From an uncultured cyanobacterium (lineage in GTDB: Bacteria; Cyanobacteriota; Cyanobacteriia; Cyanobacteriales; Nostocaceae), in the NCBI GenBank assembly GCA_963706595.1, contig OY970166.1:2528001-2592000 (forward strand): a stretch of DNA of 64,000 bases. The letters run 5' to 3'. Shown here in pieces: positions 42,229 through 53,392 of the stretch. The notes below the pieces were generated by a model that was not told the origin of the DNA, searched no databases, and saw nothing but the letters and a program-made list of their open reading frames with translations. Position 1 is the first letter of the stretch; each line of letters opens with the position of its first letter. The position numbers were made by a program, and so were the translations under genes.

Positions 42229-43542
42229 TTATCGATAATCCTGCCTTTGAATATCACCTAAACGGGCAGCATTACGAATATTATAATCAGTACGAGTAAA
42301 GCGATTTAACTGCGCCTCATAAAAGTCTCTATTGGCTTGTAAATGCTCAGGATCAGGGTCATCTAAAGGATGATGTAATGCTGTACGTAATGCTTGAATT
42401 ACCGCAGATGTAACATTGTACATTGACCGTTGAAAAGTAATTCCCAACTGAATCAACATATCATCTTCGCCTCGGCAATGTTTTTTGTAATCTTCAATTA
42501 GATATTCTGGCAAAAAATGCAGCATATCTTGCATCAATAATGTTGGGGGAATACCTGCTGTCCCCACCGGAAATACATCAGCATAGAGAATACCATAGTG
42601 GAAATCTTCTTGCTTATTTGGTACTTGACCCGCTTGAGCATTATAAGATTTTGTTCCCCTAAAAGGTGCTGTGCGATAAAAAACAGCTTCTACATAAGGT
42701 AACGCAGCTTCATACAACCAAACAAAACCTTCAGATTTGGGAACGATTTCGTAGCATTCACCACGGATATAAACATGATGGTAAATAGGACGACTTGCTA
42801 CGGCAAAAATCCCATTTACCAGAAAATCCATAGCTTCTGGGACACTGGTAATTTTCCCTTCGTCATATAAATCTGACATTTCAAAAAATACCGGAGCCAT
42901 AACTTCCCAGAATAGCCCCAAATTAGAATAGTAAGACATTTGGCGGCACTGTTCTAAAAACATATCTGGGAACAGTTTATAAAGCCCCAACATTACCGGG
43001 TTTCCTTGGAAATAAGCTTTGATAGCTCTATCAGCGTTGGCTTTATATTCTGGACTATCTAAATAAGGGTCAAATTTCCCACCCATTCCCCTGTGCCACA
43101 ACATTGCACGCATACAAGCTTCAGCAAATTCCATATTGATGCGGTCATGGAATAAGTGATGTAATAACTTAGGCATTTTCAAGGTTTCACCCTTTTCCAT
43201 AAATGCCAAAAGTTCAGGATGTGCAGTTGCTTCACCGCGCCAAACTCTCAATTCAGCATCATCACCAGCATAATGATTATGCAATTCTAAATACTCTTTC
43301 GGCAAGAAGTATTTGAAAAAGGGCAACGGATTTAAAAATACACGTTCAGCAATATAAAGCAAGTCACGCCAGTAGAAATCCATCGGTACGGCGTAAGCTT
43401 TATAAATGCCGATAATTTGTTTTAAATTTTCAGGTGTATCTGGCAACATCGAACCACCTGCTTCTAGCCGATGAATGATATCAGCAAATTCATGTTGAGA
43501 AGGAGGTAATTTACTAGTAGATTTTTCTGGAGTTTGTACCAT
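42229..43542 (-). CDS. cupA: CO2 hydration protein CupA (ChpY)
   Basis: DRINMEFAEACM, GTAGIPPTLLMQDM; third gene of the ndhF3-ndhD3 operon. Confidence 0.93.
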   Translation of the reverse strand: MVQTPEKSTSKLPPSQHEFADIIHRLEAGGSMLPDTPENLKQIIGIYKAYAVPMDFYWRDLLYIAERVFLNPLPFFKYFLPKEYLELHNHYAGDDAELRVWRGEATAHPELLAFMEKGETLKMPKLLHHLFHDRINMEFAEACMRAMLWHRGMGGKFDPYLDSPEYKANADRAIKAYFQGNPVMLGLYKLFPDMFLEQCRQMSYYSNLGLFWEVMAPVFFEMSDLYDEGKITSVPEAMDFLVNGIFAVASRPIYHHVYIRGECYEIVPKSEGFVWLYEAALPYVEAVFYRTAPFRGTKSYNAQAGQVPNKQEDFHYGILYADVFPVGTAGIPPTLLMQDMLHFLPEYLIEDYKKHCRGEDDMLIQLGITFQRSMYNVTSAVIQALRTALHHPLDDPDPEHLQANRDFYEAQLNRFTRTDYNIRNAARLGDIQRQDYR

Positions 43543-43633
43543 TGCTATTGCCTCTAAACTTTGATTTTAAAATTAATTTCTCCCTTGGCGTTCTTGGCGG
43601 CTTGGCGGTTCGCTCATTTTCATATTCTGTTAC

Positions 43634-45136
43634 TTACTTCACAACAAATTGAGCAACCACAGTTTTTTCCATAGGGGGAATTGTAGCCACCATAGCTGTA
43701 GTCGTGGTTTCACTCCAACGCACTAACCAAGTGGGTTGTATACCCAAAAAGATAATTAGAACTGCCAAAACTATAGCCGGAATTTTTTCCGCCCAGACAA
43801 CCTTGGGGAAGTAAGCTAAATTATTATCCAGCTTGCCAAAACAGGTGCGGTTGAGGAGAATAACGAAATACACTGCTGTTAAGCCGCTAGATGCTACACA
43901 TAAAAGTGTGGGTAAAGGAAAAGCTGAAAAACTACCTTGAAATACAATAAATTCTGCTACAAATCCTGTTAAACCGGGAATTCCCGCACTAGCCATACCA
44001 CTGAGAACCAGTAGGGCGCTAATTAAAGGTAAACCGCGAATAGGACTCATTAAGCCGTTGAGTTTTTCTAATTCACGCGTACCAACTTTGGCTTCTATTA
44101 CCCCGACTAGGTGGAAGAGAATTGCCAGAATTAAACCGTGGCTGAACATTTGAGCCACTGCACCCACCAGTGCTAAAGGTGTGCTAGAGGCGCTGGCTAG
44201 CAATACATAACCCATGTGACCGATAGAACTGTATGCTACCATGCGCTTGATGTCTGTTTGCGCGATCGCAATTACCGCCCCATAAATCGCACTAACAGCC
44301 CCCCAAATTGCTAAAGTTGGTGCAACCACAGTCCAAGCTTGGGGAAACATTCCCATTCCAAAGCGTAACAGTCCATAGGTTCCCAACTTCGCCAACACGC
44401 CACCTAATAAAATCGCAATGGGTGCAGAAGCTTCAACATAAGCATCAGGTAGCCAAGTATGGAAGGGAACGAGAGGAATTTTAATTCCAAAGCCGATAAT
44501 AATTCCTATCAGGAGGATTAATTGCAAACCTGCCGAAATATTTTGGGTAGATACAGCATCGAAGGCAAAACTGTTAGCACCAGTTAGGAATACCATACCT
44601 AAGAAGGTAGCTAAAATGAAAGCACCGGAAACAGCAGTATAAATTAAGAACTTAATGCCAGCATAAGCCCGTTTTTCTCCTCCCCAAATCGAAATTAATA
44701 AGTAGAAGGGGATTAATTCTAGTTCGTAGAATAAGAAGAATAACAACAAGTTTTCTGCTAAAAATGCCCCAGCAACGCCACCACTAATAAATAAAATTAG
44801 GGCGTAAAAAAGTCGTGGACGTTCAGTTTCTTGGTTACTGCTGTAAATCGCAATCCAGGTGAGTAAACTATTGAGTACCAACATCAGAATAGATAACCCA
44901 TCAACCCCTAGTTGATAAGTTAAACCCAAGGTTTCATTCCAAGGGCGATATTCTTCAAATTGCATCCCTGGGGTGCTGATATCGAATTTCAGCAAAATAA
45001 ACAAGTTCCAGCATAAAACTATGCCTGCTACGATTAAAGATACTAAGCGAATGCGACTAGCTGGAACGAGTTTACTAGGTAAAAACCCGATAATTACAGC
45101 GCTGAGAATTGGTATCCAAATCAGAAAACTCAACAT
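43634..45136 (-). CDS. ndhD3: NDH-1 subunit NdhD3
   Basis: NuoM motifs KIPLVPFHTWLPDAY, KLGTYG, MVAYSSIGHMG; operon context. Confidence 0.9.
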   Translation of the reverse strand: MLSFLIWIPILSAVIIGFLPSKLVPASRIRLVSLIVAGIVLCWNLFILLKFDISTPGMQFEEYRPWNETLGLTYQLGVDGLSILMLVLNSLLTWIAIYSSNQETERPRLFYALILFISGGVAGAFLAENLLLFFLFYELELIPFYLLISIWGGEKRAYAGIKFLIYTAVSGAFILATFLGMVFLTGANSFAFDAVSTQNISAGLQLILLIGIIIGFGIKIPLVPFHTWLPDAYVEASAPIAILLGGVLAKLGTYGLLRFGMGMFPQAWTVVAPTLAIWGAVSAIYGAVIAIAQTDIKRMVAYSSIGHMGYVLLASASSTPLALVGAVAQMFSHGLILAILFHLVGVIEAKVGTRELEKLNGLMSPIRGLPLISALLVLSGMASAGIPGLTGFVAEFIVFQGSFSAFPLPTLLCVASSGLTAVYFVILLNRTCFGKLDNNLAYFPKVVWAEKIPAIVLAVLIIFLGIQPTWLVRWSETTTTAMVATIPPMEKTVVAQFVVK

Positions 45137-45242
45137 ATTCTAGAATTTACCTATCTATGTATTTATCTGCGTTTATCTGTGTTTATCTGCGTTCAATTAT
45201 TCTTCCATCCACCTCACTTACCAGCATCAAATGAGTCCAGGG

Positions 45243-47102
45243 TTAAAACATCAAATCTAAAAACTGTATTTTCCAGAATGGCCAAGTTATCCAGGCACAT
45301 AAAACGCCTACTCCTAAAAGTACGGTGAAGGCATAAGTTTGGGTTTGTCCAGTGGTACTGTATTTTAAACCTTCGCCACCTAACAGAGAAAATAACCCGA
45401 CTAAATTCACAATGCCATCAACTATAAACCGGTCAACCATATCAGCAAACTTGGAAAGTTGGGCAACGCCGAAAATGATGGTGACGCGATAGAGTTTGGG
45501 TGTGTAAAAATCGTAAGCAAATAAATCTTGTAAAGGTTTCCAAGGGAGGCGAATTGGTTTGGGAATATTGCCTAAATAAATGACAGCACTAATGCTACAA
45601 CCAAAAATACTTGACCAAATGAGTAATAGCACGACATCTTTATTCAAACTTGCCCAATCAGGTAATATTGATAAGCTTTGTAACACTAAAGGCAAATGCA
45701 GCACAAAGCCAAATAAAATCATCATGGGCATGATCATCGGCCAATGAACTTCAGGCGATCGCTCACTCATTTCTTTAGCTTTACCACCGAAAATTAAGCC
45801 AAATTCTCTGGTTAAACTGAAAGCTGTTAAAGCGTTGACTAGAATAATCACTCCCACTAACCAAGGGGAAGTTTCCCAAAGTCCATCAGCTAGTTTTACC
45901 AAAGCCCAAAAGCTACCTAACGGGGGAACAGCAATTAATCCTAATATACCCACCATGAAAGCTAACCCAGAAATCGGGCGACGTGTCCACAAGCCTCCAA
46001 GTTGAGTGACATCTTGGGTGATGCTATTCCAAACAATACCGCCGGTACTCATGACCAATAATGCTGAAGCTAAAGCATGAGTAAGTACTAACAATAGTGC
46101 TGTTTCTTCTTGTTGTGTGCCTACAGCAATAAACACTAAGCCCATGTAAGCACTAACAGAATAAGATAAGCAGCGTTTCATGTCAATTTGAGCGATCGCA
46201 ATTAAGGATGCACCCACAGCCGTAACTACACCAATGGCGATAATAAACGATGAAACCACAGGTGATAAAGTTAATACAGGTTGCAGTTTAATTAATACCC
46301 ACGCACCACTCGCAACTACTACCGAGTTCCGCAAAATTGTACTGGGAACAGGGCCTTCCATCGCTTCATCTAACCACAAATGCAAAGGAAATTGAGCGCA
46401 TTTACCCATTGGTCCGGCAACTAATGCTAAACCTACTAATGTCATCACCGTGGGGTCTACTTCAGTATTACTAGCCCATACTGCTAATTCTGTATAATCC
46501 CAAGTACCTGATAAAGTCCATAAACCCAAGACTCCCATTAGTAAGAATAAGTCGCCTACCCGCTTGGTTAAGAAAGCATCTCTAGCACCAGTGACTACCA
46601 AAGGCTGACTAAACCATAAGCCGACTAATAGATAGGTTCCTAATGTTAGGACTTCCAAAATTACATAGCTGAAAAACAGGTTATTGCACAAACATAAGGC
46701 ACATAATCCTGCTTCAAATAATCCCAATAAAGAATAGAAGCGTCCCCAACCCCAATCCATTTCCATGTAACCCAAGGCGAAAATTTGGGCTAAGAAATTC
46801 AAGCCAGTTACTATCACCATTGCGCCCACACTTACCGCAGAAATTTCTATGGCAATGGTGAGGTTTAAACCTGCTGTAGATAGCCAAGGAATAAATATTT
46901 CTTGGGGTGGTTGATTCCAGGTAAATTGTAAAGCTAAAACACTATGAACTAATGCCAAAAAGGTCATGATTAAATTGACATAACCTGCTGGTCTTGAGCC
47001 TGTTTTGCGAATGATTCCCGGCGACCAGGGAATTGCCAAAAGTCCACCTGTTAAGGCATAGAAAGGAACTAGCCAAACAGTCTCCAGGAGAAACTGAGCC
47101 AT
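45243..47102 (-). CDS. ndhF3: NDH-1 subunit NdhF3
   Basis: Likely start MAQFLLETVWLVP at 47102; GKCAQFPLHLWLDEAMEGP; context with cupA. Confidence 0.9.
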   Translation of the reverse strand: MAQFLLETVWLVPFYALTGGLLAIPWSPGIIRKTGSRPAGYVNLIMTFLALVHSVLALQFTWNQPPQEIFIPWLSTAGLNLTIAIEISAVSVGAMVIVTGLNFLAQIFALGYMEMDWGWGRFYSLLGLFEAGLCALCLCNNLFFSYVILEVLTLGTYLLVGLWFSQPLVVTGARDAFLTKRVGDLFLLMGVLGLWTLSGTWDYTELAVWASNTEVDPTVMTLVGLALVAGPMGKCAQFPLHLWLDEAMEGPVPSTILRNSVVVASGAWVLIKLQPVLTLSPVVSSFIIAIGVVTAVGASLIAIAQIDMKRCLSYSVSAYMGLVFIAVGTQQEETALLLVLTHALASALLVMSTGGIVWNSITQDVTQLGGLWTRRPISGLAFMVGILGLIAVPPLGSFWALVKLADGLWETSPWLVGVIILVNALTAFSLTREFGLIFGGKAKEMSERSPEVHWPMIMPMMILFGFVLHLPLVLQSLSILPDWASLNKDVVLLLIWSSIFGCSISAVIYLGNIPKPIRLPWKPLQDLFAYDFYTPKLYRVTIIFGVAQLSKFADMVDRFIVDGIVNLVGLFSLLGGEGLKYSTTGQTQTYAFTVLLGVGVLCAWITWPFWKIQFLDLMF

Positions 47103-47319
47103 AAAATCAACCTCTGTATTGATAGCAGAAATTAGCCATTCTGGGAGCAAATTTCACCTCGCTCTCAGTCAGCAATTGATTGTAAATAAAGGAAATTTAT
47201 TTTTGCTTAATATTATTTTTATCTTACCGTTATATTTACCAAAAAGGAATTATCTAACAAAATAAATCGATGATGTCTACTGTAATTAATTCTTATATAA
47301 ACATTTTTTGGGTTTAATC

Positions 47320-47399
47320 ATAGATTATACTCTATGGATTAGTCTTGAGTTTAATTAAGACATTCAGTTTCTTGATGTTAACCATAGATTATAGTCTAG
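47320..47399. promoter_or_regulatory. NdhR/CcmR (LysR-type) boxes upstream of ndhF3
   Basis: ATAG-attatact-CTAT at 47320-47335 and near match ATAG-attatagt-CTAG at 47384-47399. Confidence 0.65.
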
Positions 47400-47579
47400 G
47401 AACTATGATTGAGTTTAACTGATACAGCAAAATCAGTTAACAGTTATCACACCGATTTAGTTAAGTATTTTTACTCAACTATGTCTCACGCAGAGGCGCA
47501 CCAGGCGCACCAGAGGAATCAAAAGTGTGGTCTAAACACATGAAAACTGCTGTCACTGTTAACTGATAACTGATAACTG

Positions 47580-49313
47580 TTAATAATGGCTACCTGATTT
47601 GCGATGTTCAACGGCAGTCACGCCATCGTGTTCTAATACTTCGCCTTGCTCGACTATGGCATAAATTAAGCATCTATCACCACATTCAAGTAGGTTGGTG
47701 ACGGTACACTCTAGATAAGCTAATGCTTCAGTTAAGACTAAACAACCATTATCAGCAGTTTTTGTCTCCAGATTGGTAAAGGGATTTTCTCCTAATGTGC
47801 TTTGACGGAAAAAATAACGTCGTAAATTTCTACCTTCTTTGAGGATATTCAGCACAAATCTATCCCCAGGTTGACGCATTAAGTCTGCATTCTGTTCTTT
47901 AGCAACAGCAATCATAAGTCCTGGTGGATTAAATGTGGCTTGAGATACCCATGAAGTTAAAATACCTTTATGGCTTTCTAAATCACGGGTTGTGACTACA
48001 CACAAAGAACCAATAATTCTGCCTACTGCTTGTTCGGTACGGTCGATTTTGGCTTCTGGAACGACTTGGCGGGGAGTCCGCAGTTTCTTGGTTTTCTTTA
48101 AAGTTTGGGCAAAAGTCGCACCTGCGTCTTGACATTGTGCGAGAATTTCTTGTGTAGGACTAAAGCGGACCCGAATGGTTTCAAAGCCTAAACGGTAGTT
48201 AGCATCTTTGAGTTTACCTTCAATTAAATCTATGGCTTCGCCACTCCAACCGTAGGAACCAAACACCCCAGCTAACTTTGTTTTCGCCGCCGTTGAGAGG
48301 ACTATACCTAAAGCTGTTTGAATTTGGGTTGGTGCATGACCGCCTAAAGTGGGAGAACCGATAATAAATCCATCACTAGCGTCGATTATGCGGGTAATAT
48401 CTGCGGGGTCTGCGAGTTCGCAGTTGATAGATTCGACATTGACACCATTTTCAATCAAACCTTGAGCGATCGCATGAGCTAAAATTGCTGTACTACCATA
48501 AGCAGAAGTATAAAGCAAAGCGACGCTTAAATCTTGAGATTTTTGTGCTTGACACCATTGACGGTAATCATAGGTAAAACGACTCAGACTATAACGCACT
48601 ACTGGACCATGACCAGGAGCATAACATCTAGCTGGCAAGAGCGCCAATTTATCTAAAGTTGCTTCAACTTGTTTGGCTTGGGGTGCATGGAGACAGTCGA
48701 AGTAATAATGGCGTTCCGCGTCTAATGTTTTCCAGTCTTCATCAAATAAGGTATCTTCGCAAATATGCGCGCCAAAAAATTTGTCTGTGTACAAAATCTT
48801 GGTTGTAGGGTCGTAGGTACAAAGACCATCAGGCCAACGAGGAGTAGGAACTGTGATAAATGTCAAGTGATGTCCTTGTCCTAAATCCAAACTATCCTCA
48901 AAACGCACAGCTTGAATGCGTGATTCCCACTCAGGAAAATCGGTTTTCAAAGCATTCGCAGCCGGACGGGAGCAAATTAAGGTAGCTTGGGGTGCTAGGG
49001 AAAGCAACTTTTCCAGGGTAACTCGACGGTTGGGGTTGACGTGACCGAGAATAATGTAATCAAGAGTAATGAAATCAAGACGTTGTGCTAGTTCTTCTAA
49101 GTAAATAGCTGTGAAAGATTCCCCAGGAGGGTCAATTAAAGCTGTTTTGTCAGCTTGAATCAGATAAGAATTGGCTGTAGTCCCCTTTTGACGGGAATAC
49201 TCAATTTCAAATTTTAGACGATCCCAAGTGCGCGATCGCAACATTAGCGTTTGTTCACCAATATTTGCCACTTGTACATCTCTGGGGCGACTAAATGTAG
49301 CAACAGTCATCAT
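47580..49313 (-). CDS. flv2: Flavodiiron protein Flv2
   Basis: Beta-lactamase-like, flavodoxin and flavin-reductase domains; non-canonical metal motif GHVNPNR; last gene of the flv4-x-flv2 operon. Confidence 0.88.
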   Translation of the reverse strand: MMTVATFSRPRDVQVANIGEQTLMLRSRTWDRLKFEIEYSRQKGTTANSYLIQADKTALIDPPGESFTAIYLEELAQRLDFITLDYIILGHVNPNRRVTLEKLLSLAPQATLICSRPAANALKTDFPEWESRIQAVRFEDSLDLGQGHHLTFITVPTPRWPDGLCTYDPTTKILYTDKFFGAHICEDTLFDEDWKTLDAERHYYFDCLHAPQAKQVEATLDKLALLPARCYAPGHGPVVRYSLSRFTYDYRQWCQAQKSQDLSVALLYTSAYGSTAILAHAIAQGLIENGVNVESINCELADPADITRIIDASDGFIIGSPTLGGHAPTQIQTALGIVLSTAAKTKLAGVFGSYGWSGEAIDLIEGKLKDANYRLGFETIRVRFSPTQEILAQCQDAGATFAQTLKKTKKLRTPRQVVPEAKIDRTEQAVGRIIGSLCVVTTRDLESHKGILTSWVSQATFNPPGLMIAVAKEQNADLMRQPGDRFVLNILKEGRNLRRYFFRQSTLGENPFTNLETKTADNGCLVLTEALAYLECTVTNLLECGDRCLIYAIVEQGEVLEHDGVTAVEHRKSGSHY

Positions 49314-49453
49314 ATTCTCCTCTCAGTTGGGTACTAGGAATTAATCAGCTAAAAACATCTAGTTTGCATCTTTAAATTGGATGAAAATCTTGTGGGGAGG
49401 GCAAATATCCCCGCCCATGTCATGCAAGTTAAATGTGGAACAGCTTACTCTCT

Positions 49454-49951
49454 TCAGTATTCTTCTTTATGGCGCTTTCGATAGTGTTGGGATATTTTTT
49501 GTTCTGGGTCAATACCATCAAATGTAGGGGGTAGCCAAACTCGCAGAATTAACAGGATTCCTAACACTAATAAAAAGGCACAAGTTGCTAAAACTTGACT
49601 CCAATTGGTTTCTAGTACGCCTTTAACAATCACTTCTCTTAATGCGGAAACAATGGAGACTTCCACAGCTACGCCAATAGATATGCGTTGTTCTTGGAGG
49701 TAAATTATTAGCAGCCGAAACAACTCAACTAAAATGAGCAAAAACAAGATATCGGCAGTAACTACATGGAAATCTAAAGGAGGAAGCAGGGAAAGAAACA
49801 TATCCCAGACTTCAATAGCCATGAAGCTAAATAAACCAATACATAAGGAAATCACAATCACATCTTGGATAAATTCTAAGGTGCGGACGATGCGACCCCG
49901 ATTAATTTCGTAACCAGAAACTTTGCCATTCTCTGAAACAGGTTTGTACAT
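49454..49951 (-). CDS. Sll0218-like membrane protein (PsiE family)
   Basis: Four hydrophobic segments, ILVELFR and SALREVI motifs; lies between flv4 and flv2. Confidence 0.85.
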   Translation of the reverse strand: MYKPVSENGKVSGYEINRGRIVRTLEFIQDVIVISLCIGLFSFMAIEVWDMFLSLLPPLDFHVVTADILFLLILVELFRLLIIYLQEQRISIGVAVEVSIVSALREVIVKGVLETNWSQVLATCAFLLVLGILLILRVWLPPTFDGIDPEQKISQHYRKRHKEEY

Positions 49952-50084
49952 ATAGCCGTCCTATTTGATTTATGAATTTATCTAACCGCCAAGTCGCCAA
50001 GGTCGCCAAGTGAAGAAGTTCAGAAATAATTTAGGACTGCTATATCATTGGGGATTGGGAATGGGGTTTCAATCTAAAATTGAT

Positions 50085-51836
50085 TTAATAATGATTGCCG
50101 ATTTTGCGATGATGAACGGTTGTCAGGGCGTTGACATCGGCAACTCGACCGATTTTGACATTGCTGTAAATCACCCAATGGTCGCCACAATCCATGCGGC
50201 TGGTGATTTCACATTCCATATAGGCTAAAGCGTCTGCGAGGATGGGGGAATTATTAATTGCTGGATAAGTTTTTACTCCTTCAAAACGGTCTGCACCAGG
50301 AGCAAAACGCTTGAGAAAATGTTTCGTTAATCCTTGATAATTATCTTCTCCGAGGACATTTAAAACGAAGTGATCGCCTCGTCGCATTAAGGATTCAATT
50401 GCGCGTTCTTTAGACACTGCAATGGCTACTCCTAAAGGATTTAAACTGGCTTGGATCACCCAAGAAGCCAACATTGCACTTTGAAGTTCACCTTTTTTGG
50501 TGGTGATAATATATAATCCAGTGCTAATTCTTCCTAAAGCTTTTTCTAACTCGGTGTTGATGGATTTAGTTTTTTTGATAGTGCGATCGCCTCCGGCGCG
50601 GCTTTGCCGATCGCGGGTCAACCATTGACCCATATCTGTACCTGCTTCTTCACACAATTGTTCTGTGCTTTCTGTCGGAGTTTCTTTAATTAAAATGGGG
50701 GGAAATGCTTCAATTAATCCTAACTCTTGAAACTTATTCCGTAAGGGATAAACAGGTTCATCTTCTCCGCCACCAGACTCTAACAAACCTATTGTCTGCT
50801 TCTGATGTACAGCCGCTAAGATAGTATTTAAAGCAGCTTGAGCCGTAACTGAATATTGAGATGGCATGGCAATCATTATACCGGAAGCTTGAGATACTAA
50901 TTCTCTAACTTCTTGTGGTTCAGCACTATTGATGTCTATAAATTCTACAGCCACACCTGTTTTGGTACATCCATTCCCTAGACTATAGGCTAAATGTTCG
51001 CTATAGCCGTAATCTTCAGCATAAAACAAAGCAACTAATATCTCTGTTTTAGCTTGCTCTAAACTCCAGGTTAAATACTTGTTTAACCATTGGGGAATAT
51101 GATATTGTAATAAAGGACCGTGACCTGTAGCAACTGTCTTGATTTCTAAGTTAGCAATACGTTTTAAAGCTGCTAAAACAGACCGCGCATTCGGTCCCAT
51201 GAGACAATCGTAGTAATATTTAAAATCATCTTCGATGATGGAGAAATTTTCATCATAAGTATGGTCATCACAATAGTGCATTCCGAACACATCGCAGGTG
51301 TAGAGAATACCTGTTTGGTGATCATAAGTTAAAATTGTATCCGGCCAGTGTAAGTTAGGTGCAGATATAAATTCTAAGTTGTGACCATTACCTAAGTCTA
51401 AACGCTCTCCACTCTTTACCAGCAGCGATTTAAATGGCTGATGAACCATATTTTCTAGAAACTGAATGGCTACCTTAGAACCAACAACGGTAATCTCAGG
51501 AGCTAACTGTAAAATATTCTTAACTAAACCACTATGGTCTGGTTCCGTGTGGCTAATAATCAAATAATCTATCTTATTTGGATCAATTAAACCTGTAACT
51601 ATCTCAAGATATAGTTCCTCAAATTTGCGATGTGAGGTGTCAACTAAAGCAGTTTTTTCACCTGCAATTAAAAATGAGTTATATGTGGTTCCGTTTCGTA
51701 AAACAAATTCCACATCAAAACGTTCCCGATCCCAATCGAGACAACGAATAGCAGTAGTTTGATCAGCAATTTCTACCGTTTGAACTGTCAAACGTCCGAC
51801 ATTAATAGCTTGAGTCTTATCTGTCAGGATGACCAT
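50085..51836 (-). CDS. flv4: Flavodiiron protein Flv4
   Basis: Canonical SHTEPDHSG, LHWPD, TGHGP; first gene of the operon. Confidence 0.88.
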   Translation of the reverse strand: MVILTDKTQAINVGRLTVQTVEIADQTTAIRCLDWDRERFDVEFVLRNGTTYNSFLIAGEKTALVDTSHRKFEELYLEIVTGLIDPNKIDYLIISHTEPDHSGLVKNILQLAPEITVVGSKVAIQFLENMVHQPFKSLLVKSGERLDLGNGHNLEFISAPNLHWPDTILTYDHQTGILYTCDVFGMHYCDDHTYDENFSIIEDDFKYYYDCLMGPNARSVLAALKRIANLEIKTVATGHGPLLQYHIPQWLNKYLTWSLEQAKTEILVALFYAEDYGYSEHLAYSLGNGCTKTGVAVEFIDINSAEPQEVRELVSQASGIMIAMPSQYSVTAQAALNTILAAVHQKQTIGLLESGGGEDEPVYPLRNKFQELGLIEAFPPILIKETPTESTEQLCEEAGTDMGQWLTRDRQSRAGGDRTIKKTKSINTELEKALGRISTGLYIITTKKGELQSAMLASWVIQASLNPLGVAIAVSKERAIESLMRRGDHFVLNVLGEDNYQGLTKHFLKRFAPGADRFEGVKTYPAINNSPILADALAYMECEITSRMDCGDHWVIYSNVKIGRVADVNALTTVHHRKIGNHY

Positions 51837-52047
51837 TGATTTTCACCTACAAAAATCTAGAAACTTCAATATTCTTTTATATTGAACTAGAAACTCCAAT
51901 TAGTAAAATGCCAATTTCTCAAGTTACTCATTAGTAATATTTATGGTTTATTCACATTAAAGCAGCATTGAGTTTCATCAATACTAATCATTAGTTTGAT
52001 GCTGGATTATAAATTTAGGCGTTGCTCAAACAAAGTATGAATTTAAA

Positions 52048-52077
52048 TGTAGAGACGTTCCATGGAACGTCTCTACA
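52048..52077. repeat. Perfect 30-bp palindrome, REP-like
   Basis: TGTAGAGACGTTCCA/TGGAACGTCTCTACA; a related GTAGAGACG...CGTCTC unit lies at about 57762-57790. Confidence 0.85.
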
Positions 52078-52279
52078 GGGGTTTAGTCTGTGTCCTCTGC
52101 GCCTCTGCGGTTAAATCAATCAGTTTTGAGACACAGCCTAGCCCTGGCGATTAGAATATTGCTAACGCAACGCCAAGGGCGAACGCGGCTATACAAAGGT
52201 CGTCTCGCCTGCGCGGACTAACGACAAATCAAGGGTTTTAACCCGCGTAGGTGGTCACTGAGCTTGTCGAAGTGCGGGT

Positions 52280-53392
52280 TTAGTCTGTGTAGCTGTGACT
52301 TCCAGTCGCCTGGTGCTTACTACCAACCCTCAGCCTTTGACAAACTAACTCAGCCGCCAACTCTATAGCTGCTTTCATACTGGTAGCATCAGCAATTCCC
52401 TGACCGGCAATATCAAATGCTGTACCATGATCTGGAGAAGTCCGCACAAAGGGTAAACCAATGGAAGTATTCACGGCACGGTCAAAAGCCATCAATTTCA
52501 CTGGAATTAAGCCTTGGTCGTGATACAGTGCCAAATACGCATCGGCGGGATTTTGAATAGAAGCATTACCATACCAAGCAAGACCAGGTTTAACCCACAT
52601 TGTATCTGGTGGTATTGGTCCATCTAGCTGAAAATTGGGGCGTTTTTGCCGTTCTTGTTCTAACCAGGGAATTAACCAATCTTGTTCTTCTGTTCCCAGT
52701 TGTCCCTGTTCGCCACTGTGGGGATTTAACCCTGCGATCGCAATTCTCCCATCTTCTATGCCAAAGTCTGCTGCTAAACATTCCACCAACAAATCTAATT
52801 TTCTCGTTAACAACTCCGGTGTTAATGTAGCGGCTACTTGACAAAGAGGAATATGTGTGGTTGCAAGTAAAGTCCGGAGTGTCCAACCAGTATAAGGCGA
52901 TCGCGCTACAAATAACATCCCGAAGCGGTCAACACCGGATTTTTCAGCTAAAAGTTCCGTTTGTCCTGGATAATTGTAACCTGCCAACTTCCAAGCAGAT
53001 TTAGCAATGGGGCCTGTGACAATACCATCAAACTTACCGGATAGCGTGCAGGCGATCGCAGATTCCATATAGGCAAAACTCGCCGCACCACTAGCAGCAT
53101 TACCATTACCTATAATAATATTGTTGGCAACTTCACTATCTAATGGCACATCCATAATTTTTAACTCCTCTGGATTTGCTAAATCTGTGGCATTCAGCCT
53201 TTCATAAACCTGAATCAGCAAATCCCTACTACCTACCACAGTCACGTCGCAGTTTTGACAAATGGCTGAATCTGCCAAAGCCTTTAAAATGACTTCAGAG
53301 CCAATTCCCCCCGGATCTCCAAGGGTCAGCGCCAAACGTGGGCGATTGACTTTTGATAAATTTACTGTTTTATCTTGATTGCTTTGATACAT
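52280..53392 (-). CDS. pdxA: 4-hydroxythreonine-4-phosphate dehydrogenase
   Basis: [45 protein letters not shown]. Confidence 0.96.
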   Translation of the reverse strand: MYQSNQDKTVNLSKVNRPRLALTLGDPGGIGSEVILKALADSAICQNCDVTVVGSRDLLIQVYERLNATDLANPEELKIMDVPLDSEVANNIIIGNGNAASGAASFAYMESAIACTLSGKFDGIVTGPIAKSAWKLAGYNYPGQTELLAEKSGVDRFGMLFVARSPYTGWTLRTLLATTHIPLCQVAATLTPELLTRKLDLLVECLAADFGIEDGRIAIAGLNPHSGEQGQLGTEEQDWLIPWLEQERQKRPNFQLDGPIPPDTMWVKPGLAWYGNASIQNPADAYLALYHDQGLIPVKLMAFDRAVNTSIGLPFVRTSPDHGTAFDIAGQGIADATSMKAAIELAAELVCQRLRVGSKHQATGSHSYTD

